Assembly (NCBI GenBank): GCA_964605835.1
Contig: CAZSEH010000002.1
Span: 19,773-83,772 of the forward strand
Length of the DNA: 64,000 bases
Source of the DNA: an uncultured Opitutaceae bacterium
GTDB taxonomy: Bacteria > Verrucomicrobiota > Verrucomicrobiia > Opitutales > Opitutaceae
Reading direction: 5' to 3'
This document shows, piece by piece, positions 22,549-32,471 of the stretch. Each line of letters opens with the position of its first letter. Positions within the stretch are counted from its first letter, which is position 1. The position numbers and the translations under genes are program-made. The notes under the pieces were generated by a model. It made no database searches. It saw only the letters and a program-made list of their open reading frames with translations, and had not been told where the DNA came from.

Positions 22549-23469
22549 ATGCTGACCATCCAGTCCGTAACCAAGCGGTTTGGCACCCTGACCGCGCTCG
22601 ACGACATTTCATTGGAGATCGCCGAGGGCGAATTCTTCGGCCTGCTCGGGCCGAACGGCGCGGGCAAGTCGACGCTCATGTCGCTTGTCGCGGGTTTGCG
22701 CTCCCCCGACAGCGGCGCGCTGATCCTCGAGGGGGAGCCGCTTGCCGCGGCAGGGGGCGGGGCGCGGCGCAGGCTCGGCCTTGTTCCTCAGGCGATCGCC
22801 CTCTTCCAGGATCTCACGGTCGAGGAAAACCTCCGGATCTTTGGGCAACTCCAGGGATTGCGCGGCGCCGATCTTCAGGCGCGGATCGACGAGGCGCTGG
22901 CGGCGGCCCAGCTCGGGGACCGCCGGCGCTCGATTGTAAGAACCTTCTCGGGCGGCATGCAGCGGCGGCTCAATCTGGTCGCCGCCCTGCTCCACAGGCC
23001 GAAGCTCCTTCTTTGCGACGAGGCCACGGTCGGCGTAGATCCGCAGTCGCGGAACGCGATCTTCGACTACCTCGAGCGCCTCAACCGCGAGGGCGTCACG
23101 ATCGTCTACTCGACCCACTACATGGAGGAGGCGGAGCGGCTCTGCTCGAGGATCGGCATCATAGATCACGGCAGGATCCTGGGGCTGGGCACCCTGGATG
23201 AACTGCTCACCCGGCTGCCATTCGAGGATGAGGTCACCTTTCCCGTGATTCCGGCGACTTCACCCCTCGTCGGGCGCCTTTCGCCCCACGGCGAGACGGT
23301 GACCGTGGATGGCACCTGCCGGTTTCGTCCGGGAGCCGGCTATCCGCTTTCAGCCTTCTTCGCCCTGACCGAGTCGCTCGGCCTTTCACCGCGCCTTTTC
23401 AAAAGCGAGCGCCCGACCCTCGAGGCCGTCTTCCTCCATCTGACCGGGCGAAAGCTGCGCGACGCCTGA
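22549..23469 (+). CDS. ABC transporter ATP-binding protein
   Basis: ORF 22303..23469. ATG at 22549 gives 'MLTIQSVTKRFG'. Walker A 'GPNGAGKST', signature 'FSGGMQRR', Walker B 'LLLCDEATVGVD'. Confidence 0.9.
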   Translation: MLTIQSVTKRFGTLTALDDISLEIAEGEFFGLLGPNGAGKSTLMSLVAGLRSPDSGALILEGEPLAAAGGGARRRLGLVPQAIALFQDLTVEENLRIFGQLQGLRGADLQARIDEALAAAQLGDRRRSIVRTFSGGMQRRLNLVAALLHRPKLLLCDEATVGVDPQSRNAIFDYLERLNREGVTIVYSTHYMEEAERLCSRIGIIDHGRILGLGTLDELLTRLPFEDEVTFPVIPATSPLVGRLSPHGETVTVDGTCRFRPGAGYPLSAFFALTESLGLSPRLFKSERPTLEAVFLHLTGRKLRDA

Positions 23470-23494
23470 TCCAATCAACCCGTCCGCCACCACC

Positions 23495-24868
23495 ATGTCA
23501 CAGACTCTCATCCTCCTGCGCAAAAGCATCCTCGTATTTTCACGATCCAGGGTCGCGATCAGCCTCACATTCCTCGTTCCGATCGCCATCATCTACGTCT
23601 TCGGCCACGTGTTCGGCCTGTACAAGAGATCAGACACCGGGCCGGCTGGGATCCCGCTCGCCGTCGTCAACGCGAGCACCAATCCGGCCGCCGAAAGACT
23701 TGTGGCGGCCCTGAAGGCGGAAAAGACATTCCGCGTCGTCGATTCGGTCAGGAACAGGGACGGCAGCACGCGCCCGCTGGCCGAATCCGACGCGCGGCGC
23801 GGCCTGAACGACGACGACTATCGCTTCGCCCTCATTCTGCCCCCCGATCTCGTGCCGGCCGGCAGTTTCGGCATCCGGCTGAAGTTCCTCACCAATCCCC
23901 GCAATGAGATCGAGTCCCAGACGGTCAACGGCATGGTCCAGAAGACGATCTTCTCCCACGTTCCGGAGCTTCTCGGCGAGTCAATGCGCGGGGCGATGAG
24001 CCGATATATCGGGGCGCCCGCGCTCGACGGCTTCAACGGCGAGTTGGCGAACGTATATGCCAAGTATTTCAACTTCGATCGCGACAGGATGCTCAAGCGA
24101 CTGAACGGCGCCGACTACGGGCTGGGCGCCCTTTCCGCGCCCGGCGGGCAGACCGGGGAGGATCGGGATCCGGCGAGGGCAGGGAAAGCCGCGGGGTCGA
24201 CGGATGTGTTCTCGCGGATTGTGAAGATCGACACCGAGCAGGTGGCGGGAAAGGAGCTATCCAACCCGATGGCCGCGCGGACCGTCGGCGGCTACGCCGT
24301 CATGTTCCTCCTGTTTGCCGTGAGCAATTCGGCCGCCACGCTTTTCGAGGAAAAGAACACGGGCATATTCGTGCGGCTTCTGTCGGCTCCCGTCCGCCCG
24401 GCCCATATCATCTGGGCCCGGTTCCTGTTTGGCATGATCCTCGGGATCGTGCAGATCGCGGCCCTTTTCCTGGCCGGTCATTTCATGTTCAACCTGGATA
24501 TCTTCAGCCATTCTGCGGCCCTCCTCGCCGTGGGCGTGGCCGCGGCCGCGGCATGTTCCGCCTTTGGCCTGCTGATTGCGGCCGTTTCGCCGAATTCCGC
24601 GGCGGCAAGCGGCGTCGCGACCTTCGTCGTCATCACGATGAGCGCCGTCGGCGGCGCATGGTTTCCGGTGAGCCTGATGCCCGATTACATGCAGCACATC
24701 AGCAAGCTCACGATCGTCTATTGGTCGGTCGAGGGCTTCTCGGATGTCCTCTGGGCGGGGCACACGCTTGTCCAGGTGCTTCCGAAGATCGGCATCCTCG
24801 CCGGAATCTCCGCCGCCGTCATGGCGGTGTCCGTGGCATGCTTTCGCCGCGGGAAGCTCTTCGACTAG
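23495..24868 (+). CDS. ABC-2 type transporter permease with large extracytoplasmic loop
   Basis: 457 aa. N-terminal TM, ~230-aa loop, then 5 C-terminal TMs, which is the typical ABC-2 exporter permease layout. Follows the ATPase after a 25-nt gap. Confidence 0.8.
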   Translation: MSQTLILLRKSILVFSRSRVAISLTFLVPIAIIYVFGHVFGLYKRSDTGPAGIPLAVVNASTNPAAERLVAALKAEKTFRVVDSVRNRDGSTRPLAESDARRGLNDDDYRFALILPPDLVPAGSFGIRLKFLTNPRNEIESQTVNGMVQKTIFSHVPELLGESMRGAMSRYIGAPALDGFNGELANVYAKYFNFDRDRMLKRLNGADYGLGALSAPGGQTGEDRDPARAGKAAGSTDVFSRIVKIDTEQVAGKELSNPMAARTVGGYAVMFLLFAVSNSAATLFEEKNTGIFVRLLSAPVRPAHIIWARFLFGMILGIVQIAALFLAGHFMFNLDIFSHSAALLAVGVAAAAACSAFGLLIAAVSPNSAAASGVATFVVITMSAVGGAWFPVSLMPDYMQHISKLTIVYWSVEGFSDVLWAGHTLVQVLPKIGILAGISAAVMAVSVACFRRGKLFD

Positions 24869-24882
24869 CGGGGAGATGAGCC

Positions 24883-25089
24883 TCAGGAATGCCGGCCTCC
24901 GAGAAGGCGTGCCGGCAGGAACAGGATGGCCCGCACCAAGGCCAGCAGGGCCTCCATGACGACGCCCACGATCCGGAATGGGATCGAAAGAAGCCAGAGC
25001 AGGGGCCAGACGACGAGAAACAGGAGGGCGAGAGGCCAGCAGACGGCCAGGAGAACGGCCCAGAGGAGCAGAACGATGAGGATCTTCAT
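24883..25089 (-). CDS. Small Trp/Leu-rich membrane protein (68 aa), hypothetical
   Basis: From the ATG at 25089: MKILIVLLLWAVLLAVCWPLALLFLVVWPLLWLLSIPFRIVGVVMEALLALVRAILFLPARLLGGRHS. Strong G/C at third codon positions. The competing plus-strand ORF 24889..25116 is a low-complexity acidic mirror image. Confidence 0.5.
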   Translation of the reverse strand: MKILIVLLLWAVLLAVCWPLALLFLVVWPLLWLLSIPFRIVGVVMEALLALVRAILFLPARLLGGRHS

Positions 25090-25178
25090 GGGGTGTCGGA
25101 AGTCAGTTGCCTGTAGAACACGGCGAACGCCAAAAAGTCGCAGGGCAAAACGCGCTCCGAGCGGCGCCCGGCAAAGGC

Positions 25179-25934
25179 TCAAGCCTTCGGTTTCAGGTAT
25201 CGATTTGGAATGTTGGCAAGAGGCGGGAATATCCGGCCGGATGCCTTGAGCAGGAGGGTTATGTTCTCGTAAATGTCCCCCTCGACCCGATGCATTTGGG
25301 GAAGCAGGCCGTATTGGGCGTAGGAGATCGGCGATACGTCAAAGAAGGTCGTCTCCCATTCAAATCCCTTGCCCCAGGTGATGCCTTCAAGCCGCAAGTC
25401 GCTCGCCGCCCCTGCGTCCAGGAGCAGGCGCAGGATCGGAGCGGAGCGGTTGCCGTTCGAATTGACGGTGTGGAAAAGGGGTGTGTGCCCGTTGAACCCG
25501 AATTCGTCGACGCCCGCCCGCGCATCGACATCGGCCCCCATTTCGATGAGGGCTTGGGCGACCCTGAAATTGCCAAATTCGGCGGCCACGTGAAGCAGGG
25601 ATGCGCCAATCAAGGGGGTGAACGCCGAAACGATTGAGGTGCGGTGTTTGACAAGAGACGGGTTGGCCCGAACCGCAGCCCGGAGCGCCTCGGCATCGTC
25701 AAGGAGGACAGAGGCGATCGCGGGATCGCCCAGCACCGCTCCCCCCTCGAGGAGAACGCTCAGGCACTCGGGGAACCTGTCGGACCGGGTGTACATCTCC
25801 ATCAGCCAATTGAGCGGAGGCTTTCCCCGAATGGATGCGTGAAGATCGAACCCTGCGTCCACGATCGCGCGAATTTGCCCCGGCGAGTGCAGTTCGAAGG
25901 CAGTGAGGAGCTTATCGTCGCTGGCTGCGCTCAT
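25179..25934 (-). CDS. Ankyrin-repeat protein, no signal peptide
   Basis: ORF 25179..26225. ATG at 25934 (MSAASDDKLLTAF...). Repeats such as 'ASLLHVAAEFGNFRVAQALIEMGADVDA' and 'GHTPLFHTVNSNGNRSAPILRLLLDAGA'. Confidence 0.75.
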   Translation of the reverse strand: MSAASDDKLLTAFELHSPGQIRAIVDAGFDLHASIRGKPPLNWLMEMYTRSDRFPECLSVLLEGGAVLGDPAIASVLLDDAEALRAAVRANPSLVKHRTSIVSAFTPLIGASLLHVAAEFGNFRVAQALIEMGADVDARAGVDEFGFNGHTPLFHTVNSNGNRSAPILRLLLDAGAASDLRLEGITWGKGFEWETTFFDVSPISYAQYGLLPQMHRVEGDIYENITLLLKASGRIFPPLANIPNRYLKPKA

Positions 25935-26100
25935 TGTCGAAGGTTGTTCATCAAAGTCCGCCGTTGCCGGACATTGTCTATGTCCCAGCGGGAGGTTTCG
26001 ATCAAGCCCGGTTGGTATTGGTGCGCTGCGGTCTTCCCGGACCGGCGGGCCCGACAAAGATTTGCCCTTTGGACGGGTTTTGCGATGGTTAAAGGACGTC

Positions 26101-27378
26101 ATGCCCGCCGAATTGGAACAGATGGTCAGATCAATCGCCGAACGCGCACGCGCCGCCTCGCTCGTGCTCGCGACAACGCCGGCTGCCGCCAAGAATGCGG
26201 CGCTGAACCGACTTGCGGATCTCATTGACGGATCGCATCAAGCGCTTCTGGACGCCAACCGGCGGGACCTCGAGTCGGCCGGGGCCAATGGGCTGGGGAA
26301 GGCCCAGATTGATCGGATGACGCTCACCCCGACCCGCCTGGCGCATCTGGCGGACTCGGTGCGGCAGGTGGCGCAACTGCCGGATCCGACAGGCAGGGTG
26401 CTTGAGGAATGGACCCGGCCCAACGGACTCAAGATCCGGAAGCTGAGCGTTCCAATCGGAGTCATTGGAGTCATTTTCGAGGCGCGTCCCGATGTCACGG
26501 TCGATTGCGCAATCCTCTGCCTGAAATCCGGCAATGCCGCCATCCTCCGGGGCGGCAGGGAAATCTTCCAGACGAACGCAGCCCTCGCCGAACTGATCCG
26601 GAAGGCGCTGGCTGAGACGCCCGGCCTTCCGGTTGACGCCGTCCAGCTGATCCCGACAACGGACCGCGCCGCCCTCAACGCACTCCTCAGGCTCGATGCG
26701 CTCGTCCACTGCATAATTCCCCGCGGCGGAGAGGCGCTGATCCGATTTGTCGCGGAGAACAGCACGATCCCGGTCATCAAGCACTATCAGGGCGTTTGCT
26801 TCCTCTATGTCGACAGGGACGCCGACGCGGACATGGCCGAGCGGCTGGTCGTCAACGCAAAGACGCAGCGCCCGGGCGTGTGCAACGCCGCCGAACAGCT
26901 CCTCATCCATGCGGATGCCGCCAGGACCCTGCTGCCGCGGCTTGCCGGGGCGCTTGCGGCCAAGGGTGTGGAATTGCGCTGCGACGCGGCGAGCGCGGCG
27001 ATCCTTTCTGACGCACGCATTGGGCACAAGGCGGCAAAGCCCGTGGATTTCACAACGGAATTCCTGGACCTGGTCATGGCTGTGCGCGTTGTCGATTCGG
27101 TAGACGCCGCGATCGCGACCGTGAACCGCGACGGCTCGGCGCATACCGATGCGATTGTCACGGCGGACGAGGGCGCGGCGCGCCGGTTTCAGGCCGGCGT
27201 GGACAGCGCGGTCGTCCTCTGGAACGCAAGCACCCGTTTCAACGACGGGTTCGAATTCGGCTACGGCGCCGAGATCGGGATCAGCACGGACCGGCTCCAT
27301 GCCCGGGGACCCGTGGGATTGAGGGAGCTTTGCTCGTACAAGTTCGTGATCGACGGTGCGGGCCAGGTGAAACCGTAG
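26101..27378 (+). CDS. proA: Gamma-glutamyl phosphate reductase
   Basis: ORF 25903..27378. ATG at 26101 preceded by aaaggac. 'CNAAEQLLIH', 'HTDAIVT', 'WNASTRFNDGFEFGYGAEIGIST'. Confidence 0.93.
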   Translation: MPAELEQMVRSIAERARAASLVLATTPAAAKNAALNRLADLIDGSHQALLDANRRDLESAGANGLGKAQIDRMTLTPTRLAHLADSVRQVAQLPDPTGRVLEEWTRPNGLKIRKLSVPIGVIGVIFEARPDVTVDCAILCLKSGNAAILRGGREIFQTNAALAELIRKALAETPGLPVDAVQLIPTTDRAALNALLRLDALVHCIIPRGGEALIRFVAENSTIPVIKHYQGVCFLYVDRDADADMAERLVVNAKTQRPGVCNAAEQLLIHADAARTLLPRLAGALAAKGVELRCDAASAAILSDARIGHKAAKPVDFTTEFLDLVMAVRVVDSVDAAIATVNRDGSAHTDAIVTADEGAARRFQAGVDSAVVLWNASTRFNDGFEFGYGAEIGISTDRLHARGPVGLRELCSYKFVIDGAGQVKP

Positions 27379-27428
27379 GCCAGACTGGGTGGAACTGTTC
27401 AACGGGAAAAATTACTAACAATCCTGAC

Positions 27429-28076
27429 ATGAATTCCCTGCGTCATCCCCTGCGCCTCCTGGCAACAGCGATCCTCCTTGGTTCAGCGGTCGCCCGGGCG
27501 CAGTCCGCAGACCCTGCGGTCCAGTCGCCGCCCCCAATTGATGATATGCAACCTCCTCTGGTGGTGGGAATTCCGAATTCAACACCCGAGGGAGCGAAGC
27601 CGCAGGGGTCCGCCGAGCAGCAGCCGACCACGTCGGCCATGATTGTGGCAGGATTGCCCAGGTACGACCCTCCCAAACCGGTTCCCGCCAAGCCCGAGGA
27701 CCAGGATGTGGATCTGCGCAATGTGGACAAGCCGCAGAACGGAATTGTCCGGTTGCCCACCTACTACGTGCGGACCGCCCGGCAGGCTGTGCTGAAGGAG
27801 CCGGATCTCGTCACCCAAGAGGGAATGGCCAAGATCGGAATGAAACGCTACCCCGGCCTGGCGCTGACACCCTTTGCCTGGCTGAACGCCATGAATTACG
27901 GCGTCGCCAAGGAGATGTACCTTGAGGACGAGCGCCTGAGGAAGATTTCGGACCTGACGGAAACGGCGAATTCCATCGGGCGCGGAGGGGATACCGTCGA
28001 GAGCGAGTACATCAAGCGCGAGACCCAGGATGCCTACCTGCGTCCCATAGACTGGGGTGGGCTCCCTCCGAAATGA
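27429..28076 (+). CDS. Secreted hypothetical protein
   Basis: ORF 27330..28076. ATG at 27429 gives signal peptide MNSLRHPLRLLATAILLGSAVARAQ. Pro-rich linker, then a ~110-aa C-terminal domain with no recognised motif. Confidence 0.55.
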   Translation: MNSLRHPLRLLATAILLGSAVARAQSADPAVQSPPPIDDMQPPLVVGIPNSTPEGAKPQGSAEQQPTTSAMIVAGLPRYDPPKPVPAKPEDQDVDLRNVDKPQNGIVRLPTYYVRTARQAVLKEPDLVTQEGMAKIGMKRYPGLALTPFAWLNAMNYGVAKEMYLEDERLRKISDLTETANSIGRGGDTVESEYIKRETQDAYLRPIDWGGLPPK

Positions 28077-28152
28077 CAGGGTGCGCGGCTGCCGGTAAAA
28101 TCGCTGGCAGCGGGGGTCCGTATCGTTTTTCATCAGCCTGTCCAGGCCGGCC

Positions 28153-29136
28153 ATGCCAACGCCCGAAAACATGATCTTGCGCGAAATGCTCGCCAGGGAA
28201 ACCGGGTGGGTATCCGGGGTGGCCCTCGCCTCCAAGCTGGGCATGAGCCGCGTGGCCATCTGGCACCACATGGAGAAGCTGCGGGCGCAGGGGTTCGGGT
28301 TCGAGGCCAAGCGGGCCCTGGGATACCGGCTGGTCTCCCGGCCGGAGGGTCTTCACGCGGCCCTGATCGACATGCAGATCAGGGTCAGGCCGCGGGGCTT
28401 CACCCTGGCCGTGCTCGACGAGGTGGACAGCACGAACGACGAGGCGGCCCGGCAGCTGGCGGCCGGAAAGGCCGCGCCGTTCGCGGTCTTCGCCCGGCGG
28501 CAGACGCGGGGACGCGGGCGGTTCGGCAGGGCCTGGCACAGCGAATCCCCGGGAAACCTTTACGCGAGCTTCGCCTTCCGGCCGCGCGTGCCGCCGGAGC
28601 GCATGCAGACCTTCACCCTGTGGATGGGGGTCAATATCTGCGAGCTGATCGCCAATTTCGCGCGGCTGGCGCCCGGGTTGAAATGGCCGAACGACATCGT
28701 CTTTGACGGTCGAAAGGCGGGCGGCATGCTGACCGAGGCCCGCATTGACGCGGATCGGATACGCGACCTGATCTTCGGGCTGGGACTGAACGTCAACGGT
28801 CCATCCGGCGGCTGGCCCGCGGACCTGGCCCGGCGGGCCGTGTGCCTGAATGAACTTGCCGGCGCGGAGCTGGATATCAACCGGCTGGCGGCCGCCCTCG
28901 CGGGCCGGGTGATGCTCGCCTACCAGGCTTTCACCGAGGGCGAGCATGAGAAGTCTTTTGCCGACCTGTGGAACCGCTTCGACGTCCTGAGGGGCCGGCG
29001 CGCGACGGTGCTCGAGGTGGGGCGGCGGCACCCGGGCACGGTCGTCGGCATCGACGACGAGGGGGCGCTCCTTCTGCGCGAGGAGGGCGGCCGCACGCAA
29101 AGATTCCGGGCGGGCGAGGTCACACTTGAGAAGTGA
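28153..29136 (+). CDS. birA: Bifunctional biotin-[acetyl-CoA-carboxylase] ligase / biotin operon repressor
   Basis: 327 aa. N-terminal wHTH ('VSGVALASKLGMSRVAIWHHMEKLRAQG'). Biotin-binding loop 'QTRGRGRFGRAWHS'. 'KWPNDI'. Confidence 0.9.
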   Translation: MPTPENMILREMLARETGWVSGVALASKLGMSRVAIWHHMEKLRAQGFGFEAKRALGYRLVSRPEGLHAALIDMQIRVRPRGFTLAVLDEVDSTNDEAARQLAAGKAAPFAVFARRQTRGRGRFGRAWHSESPGNLYASFAFRPRVPPERMQTFTLWMGVNICELIANFARLAPGLKWPNDIVFDGRKAGGMLTEARIDADRIRDLIFGLGLNVNGPSGGWPADLARRAVCLNELAGAELDINRLAAALAGRVMLAYQAFTEGEHEKSFADLWNRFDVLRGRRATVLEVGRRHPGTVVGIDDEGALLLREEGGRTQRFRAGEVTLEK

Positions 29137-29182
29137 CACGCAAACGGGGGATAAATTACAATAAGGCAGTCCCTCAGCGCCC

Positions 29183-30172
29183 GTGGTATCCATTCCTGAC
29201 CAGCTCCCGACAGCAATCGCCGTCTCCCACCTTGTGAAGACGTTTGCCGGCGTCACGGCGGTGAACGACGTCAGTTTCACGGTCGCCCGCGGCGAAATCA
29301 TGGGTTTCCTCGGGCCGAACGGCGCGGGCAAGTCGACCACGATGCGCATTCTCACGGGCTACGTGCCGGCGACCTCCGGAGGCGTTACGATCTGCGGCTA
29401 TCCGGTCACCACCCAGTCCGAGGCCATCAAGCGGAGGGTCGGGTACATGCCCGAGAACAATCCGCTCCCTGAGGACATGCGGGTCAGCGAGTACCTTTAT
29501 TACCGGGGGCGGCTCAAGGAGGTGCCGCGGCGCAAGCTCGGGCCGAGGATCGACGAGGTGCTCGAGGTCTGCGACCTGAAGCGGGTCCGCCACAAGATCA
29601 TCGGCCAGCTTTCGAAGGGATACCGCCAGCGAGTCGGGATCGCCGAGGCGATCCTCGCCGAGCCGCCGGTGATCATCATGGATGAGCCGACGATCGGGCT
29701 CGACCCCCACCAGATCCTCATCGTCCGCGACCTGATCGCGAGCCTGCGCGGCCGGATGACCGTCATCATATCGAGCCACATCCTGCCGGAAATCGAGATG
29801 ACTTGCGACCGGGTGCTCATCATCAACCAGGGCCGGATCGTCGCCCAGGGGACGCCGGCCGACCTGAGGCGGGAGATTCTCGGGCGCAGCCGCTACGAGC
29901 TCGTTGTCGCCGGCGAGCCGTCCCGCCTCGAGGAGGCGCTGGGCATGGTGGATCCCGCCCTGCGCGTTGCGGCCCAGACCGAGCCCGATGGGGAGGGGTT
30001 CCGGACGGTGACCCTCGCGATCGAGCGGGACGACGAACTCGGCGAACCGATACTGCAGGCGCTGCTTTCGAAGCAGATGAGGGTCCGCGCCTTCAGCCGC
30101 GCCAACCCGACTCTCGAGGATGTCTTCCTGGCGGCCACGCGCAGAAGCTGGGATGTGATCGACAAACGATGA
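29183..30172 (+). CDS. ABC transporter ATP-binding protein (GldA-like)
   Basis: 329 aa. Walker A 'GPNGAGKST', signature 'LSKGYRQRVGI', Walker B 'VIIMDEPTIGLD'. Stop overlaps the next start (ATGA). Confidence 0.9.
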   Translation: MVSIPDQLPTAIAVSHLVKTFAGVTAVNDVSFTVARGEIMGFLGPNGAGKSTTMRILTGYVPATSGGVTICGYPVTTQSEAIKRRVGYMPENNPLPEDMRVSEYLYYRGRLKEVPRRKLGPRIDEVLEVCDLKRVRHKIIGQLSKGYRQRVGIAEAILAEPPVIIMDEPTIGLDPHQILIVRDLIASLRGRMTVIISSHILPEIEMTCDRVLIINQGRIVAQGTPADLRREILGRSRYELVVAGEPSRLEEALGMVDPALRVAAQTEPDGEGFRTVTLAIERDDELGEPILQALLSKQMRVRAFSRANPTLEDVFLAATRRSWDVIDKR

Positions 30173-30930
30173 AACACTTTCTGACGATTCTCAGCCACGA
30201 GATCCGCATGCTGCTCGTCACCCCGAGCACGTACATCGCGTCGGTGATATTCCTCTCCCTCATGGGGTTTGTCTTCACGGACATCCTCGAGACGTACAGC
30301 CAGGCGCCGCAGGCCGCGTCGCCGGCCGATGTGTTCTTCAAGCAGTTCTACCTGCCCGTGCTCTTCATGGTGCCGCTGCTCACGATGAAGTGCCTCGCCG
30401 AGGAGAGGCGGCAGGGGACGATCGAGACGCTGCTGACGACGCCGGTCACGACGACGGAGGTCGTCCTCGGAAAGTACGGGGCCGCCTATGCCCTGTACGC
30501 GATGCTTTGGGGGTCGACCGCCGGATTCTTCTGGATCCTGCGCCGGTTCGCCGGAGACGCCCGGCTCCTGGACTACGGTCCTATGATCGGGGGGTATGTT
30601 TTCATCGCCGTTTCGGGCCTCCTGTTCATCGCGATCGGCGTCCTTGCGAGCGCCGTTTCCCGCAACCAGGCGGTTGCGAGCATCCTTTGCTTTGCGATGC
30701 TCTTCGGCCTGATTTTCGGCGGCTCGTACCTGGGGGACGCCGCCTGGCTCAAGAGCGACCTTCTCCATCCGGTCAAGGCCGCCGTCAGTTACGCCCAGGT
30801 CTTCCGCCACTATGAGGACTTTTCGCGGGGGGTCGTCGATTTGCGCCAGCTCCTGTTTTACCTGAGCGGCACGGTGCTCGCCCTTTTGTTCAGCATTCTC
30901 GGCGTGGAGGCCAAGCTGCTCCACGGCTGA
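30169..30930 (+). CDS. ABC-2 family permease (GldF-like)
   Basis: ATG at 30169 within ORF 29803..30930. 'MKHFLTILSHEIRMLLVTPSTYIASVIFLSLMGFVF', conserved 'EERRQGTIETLLTTPV', six hydrophobic segments. Confidence 0.85.
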   Translation: MKHFLTILSHEIRMLLVTPSTYIASVIFLSLMGFVFTDILETYSQAPQAASPADVFFKQFYLPVLFMVPLLTMKCLAEERRQGTIETLLTTPVTTTEVVLGKYGAAYALYAMLWGSTAGFFWILRRFAGDARLLDYGPMIGGYVFIAVSGLLFIAIGVLASAVSRNQAVASILCFAMLFGLIFGGSYLGDAAWLKSDLLHPVKAAVSYAQVFRHYEDFSRGVVDLRQLLFYLSGTVLALLFSILGVEAKLLHG

Positions 30931-30947
30931 TTGACCGGCAAAACGCG

Positions 30948-32453
30948 ATGTCCCTGAGCGATAACTTCCGAGCCGCGAGATGGATACGCACGGCAAACCT
31001 CATTCTTCAGGCCATCCTCATCCTGACGCTGTTCGCGGGGCTCAATTATCTGGCGAACAACAGCGCGGGCGGCGGTGATCCCTGGAGGTTTGACCTCACG
31101 CGGTACCGCCGCTTCACGCTGTCGCCCGAGACGATCGCCTACGTGAGGGAGCTTTCGAGTCCCGTGCGCATCGTCGTGACCGAGGGCGAGGACAACGCTC
31201 CCGCCGATCTGCGGGGGCTCCTGCGGGAATACCAGAGTGTCTCCGAGTCGAACCCCGCCGGAGGCCGGATATCGGTCGACTACATCGACGTGGACCTTGC
31301 GCGGCGGATGGCCCAGCAGCTGGGTGTCGAGGAGCCCAACGCAGTCTTCGTCCTGCGCGGGACGTACCGCCAGATGCTAAGGATCGACGAGCTGTACCGC
31401 TTCGAGGACCAGGAGCGCAGCGCCTTCAAGGGCGAGCAGGCGATCACGGCCGCCATCCTGGATGTGGCCAGCGCAACGCGAAAGAAGATCTACTTCCTGT
31501 ATGGCCACTCGGAGCTTCGTCCGGACGATCCCGATTCGGTCCGCGGGCTGTCGACGCTGCGCGACCTTCTTCGCCAGCGCAATTTTGACGTCGATTCCCC
31601 GCTGCTCGACCTGTCCGCCACCCCCCAGGTCCCCGCGGACGCCTCGCTGCTGGTTTCGGTGCAGCCGCAGACGCGTTTCTCCCCGGCGGAGCAGGAACTG
31701 CTCCGCCAGTACCTCGGCGCGGGCGACGGCAGGCTGATGCTTTTCCTATCGCCGGGCTACGAGCACGGCCTCGACCGCCTGCTGCACGACTGGGGCGTCA
31801 CGGTCGACAACGATCTGCTGCGGGACAGCGGCGCGGAAAACGTGACGGAGGACGGGGATTTCATCATCAGCAGATTTGCGCCGGCGCACCCCGTGACGCA
31901 GGCGCTTCTGCACTCCAGCTACAAGGCGCGGCTGCGCCTGGGCCCCGCGCGGACCGTGCGGCCGGACATGACCCGTGCCGCGGGCAACGGGCTCGACGCG
32001 GTGACGCTCGCGGCCTCCTCGCCGACGGCCTGGGGAGAGGTCAACTTTTCGGCGCGCGGCGCCGCCACCATGAATCCGAGGGTCGACGTCCGGCCCCTGC
32101 CGTCCATGGACCCGCCCGACCGCCTCGGGATTGGCGTCGCCGCAGAGCACGTCGCCGCGCGCGACAACCTTCCCTTCAGCGTCCGCACCGGCCGCCTGAT
32201 CGTGTTCGGCTCCGGCGACCTGGTCGACAACCACCGCATCGCCGACGAGGGCGTCTTCAGCCTCGTCATCGGGGCCGTCAACTGGATGGCCGATCGCGAC
32301 ACGCAGCTCAACATCCCGCCCCGGCCGATTGAGCGTTTTCAGCTATTGCTCAGTCCGCGGGAGCTCCAGAATCTCCGCTATAGCCTCATGTTCATTCTGC
32401 CCGGCGCCGCGGCGCTTCTGGGCCTGATTGTTTACTGGACCCGCCGCAGCTAG
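30948..32453 (+). CDS. GldG-like ABC-transporter auxiliary protein
   Basis: 501 aa. N- and C-terminal TM anchors around a large periplasmic domain. 'FDLTRYRRFTLSPETIAYVRELSSPVRIVV' and 'IYFLYGHSE' match the GldG/ABC_transp_aux layout. Confidence 0.75.
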   Translation: MSLSDNFRAARWIRTANLILQAILILTLFAGLNYLANNSAGGGDPWRFDLTRYRRFTLSPETIAYVRELSSPVRIVVTEGEDNAPADLRGLLREYQSVSESNPAGGRISVDYIDVDLARRMAQQLGVEEPNAVFVLRGTYRQMLRIDELYRFEDQERSAFKGEQAITAAILDVASATRKKIYFLYGHSELRPDDPDSVRGLSTLRDLLRQRNFDVDSPLLDLSATPQVPADASLLVSVQPQTRFSPAEQELLRQYLGAGDGRLMLFLSPGYEHGLDRLLHDWGVTVDNDLLRDSGAENVTEDGDFIISRFAPAHPVTQALLHSSYKARLRLGPARTVRPDMTRAAGNGLDAVTLAASSPTAWGEVNFSARGAATMNPRVDVRPLPSMDPPDRLGIGVAAEHVAARDNLPFSVRTGRLIVFGSGDLVDNHRIADEGVFSLVIGAVNWMADRDTQLNIPPRPIERFQLLLSPRELQNLRYSLMFILPGAAALLGLIVYWTRRS

Positions 32454-32471
32454 ACCGACCCGCCCTCCGCC

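Noticed and set aside
24889-25116. Plus-strand acidic 75-aa ORF (MPASEKACRQEQDGPHQ...) and ORF 24926..25249 as alternatives to the minus-strand small membrane protein.
   Set aside because: Their low-complexity E/D/Q/G/P composition is the mirror image of Leu/Trp codons. The minus-strand frame has the G/C-rich third positions seen in real genes here. The membrane protein itself is still only medium confidence.
26053-26075. Reading the recurrent TTTGCC...TTGG sequences as sigma-54 (-24 GG / -12 GC) promoters.
   Set aside because: The element order and spacing are wrong. TTGC precedes GG, and there is no TGGCAC-N5-TTGC arrangement.
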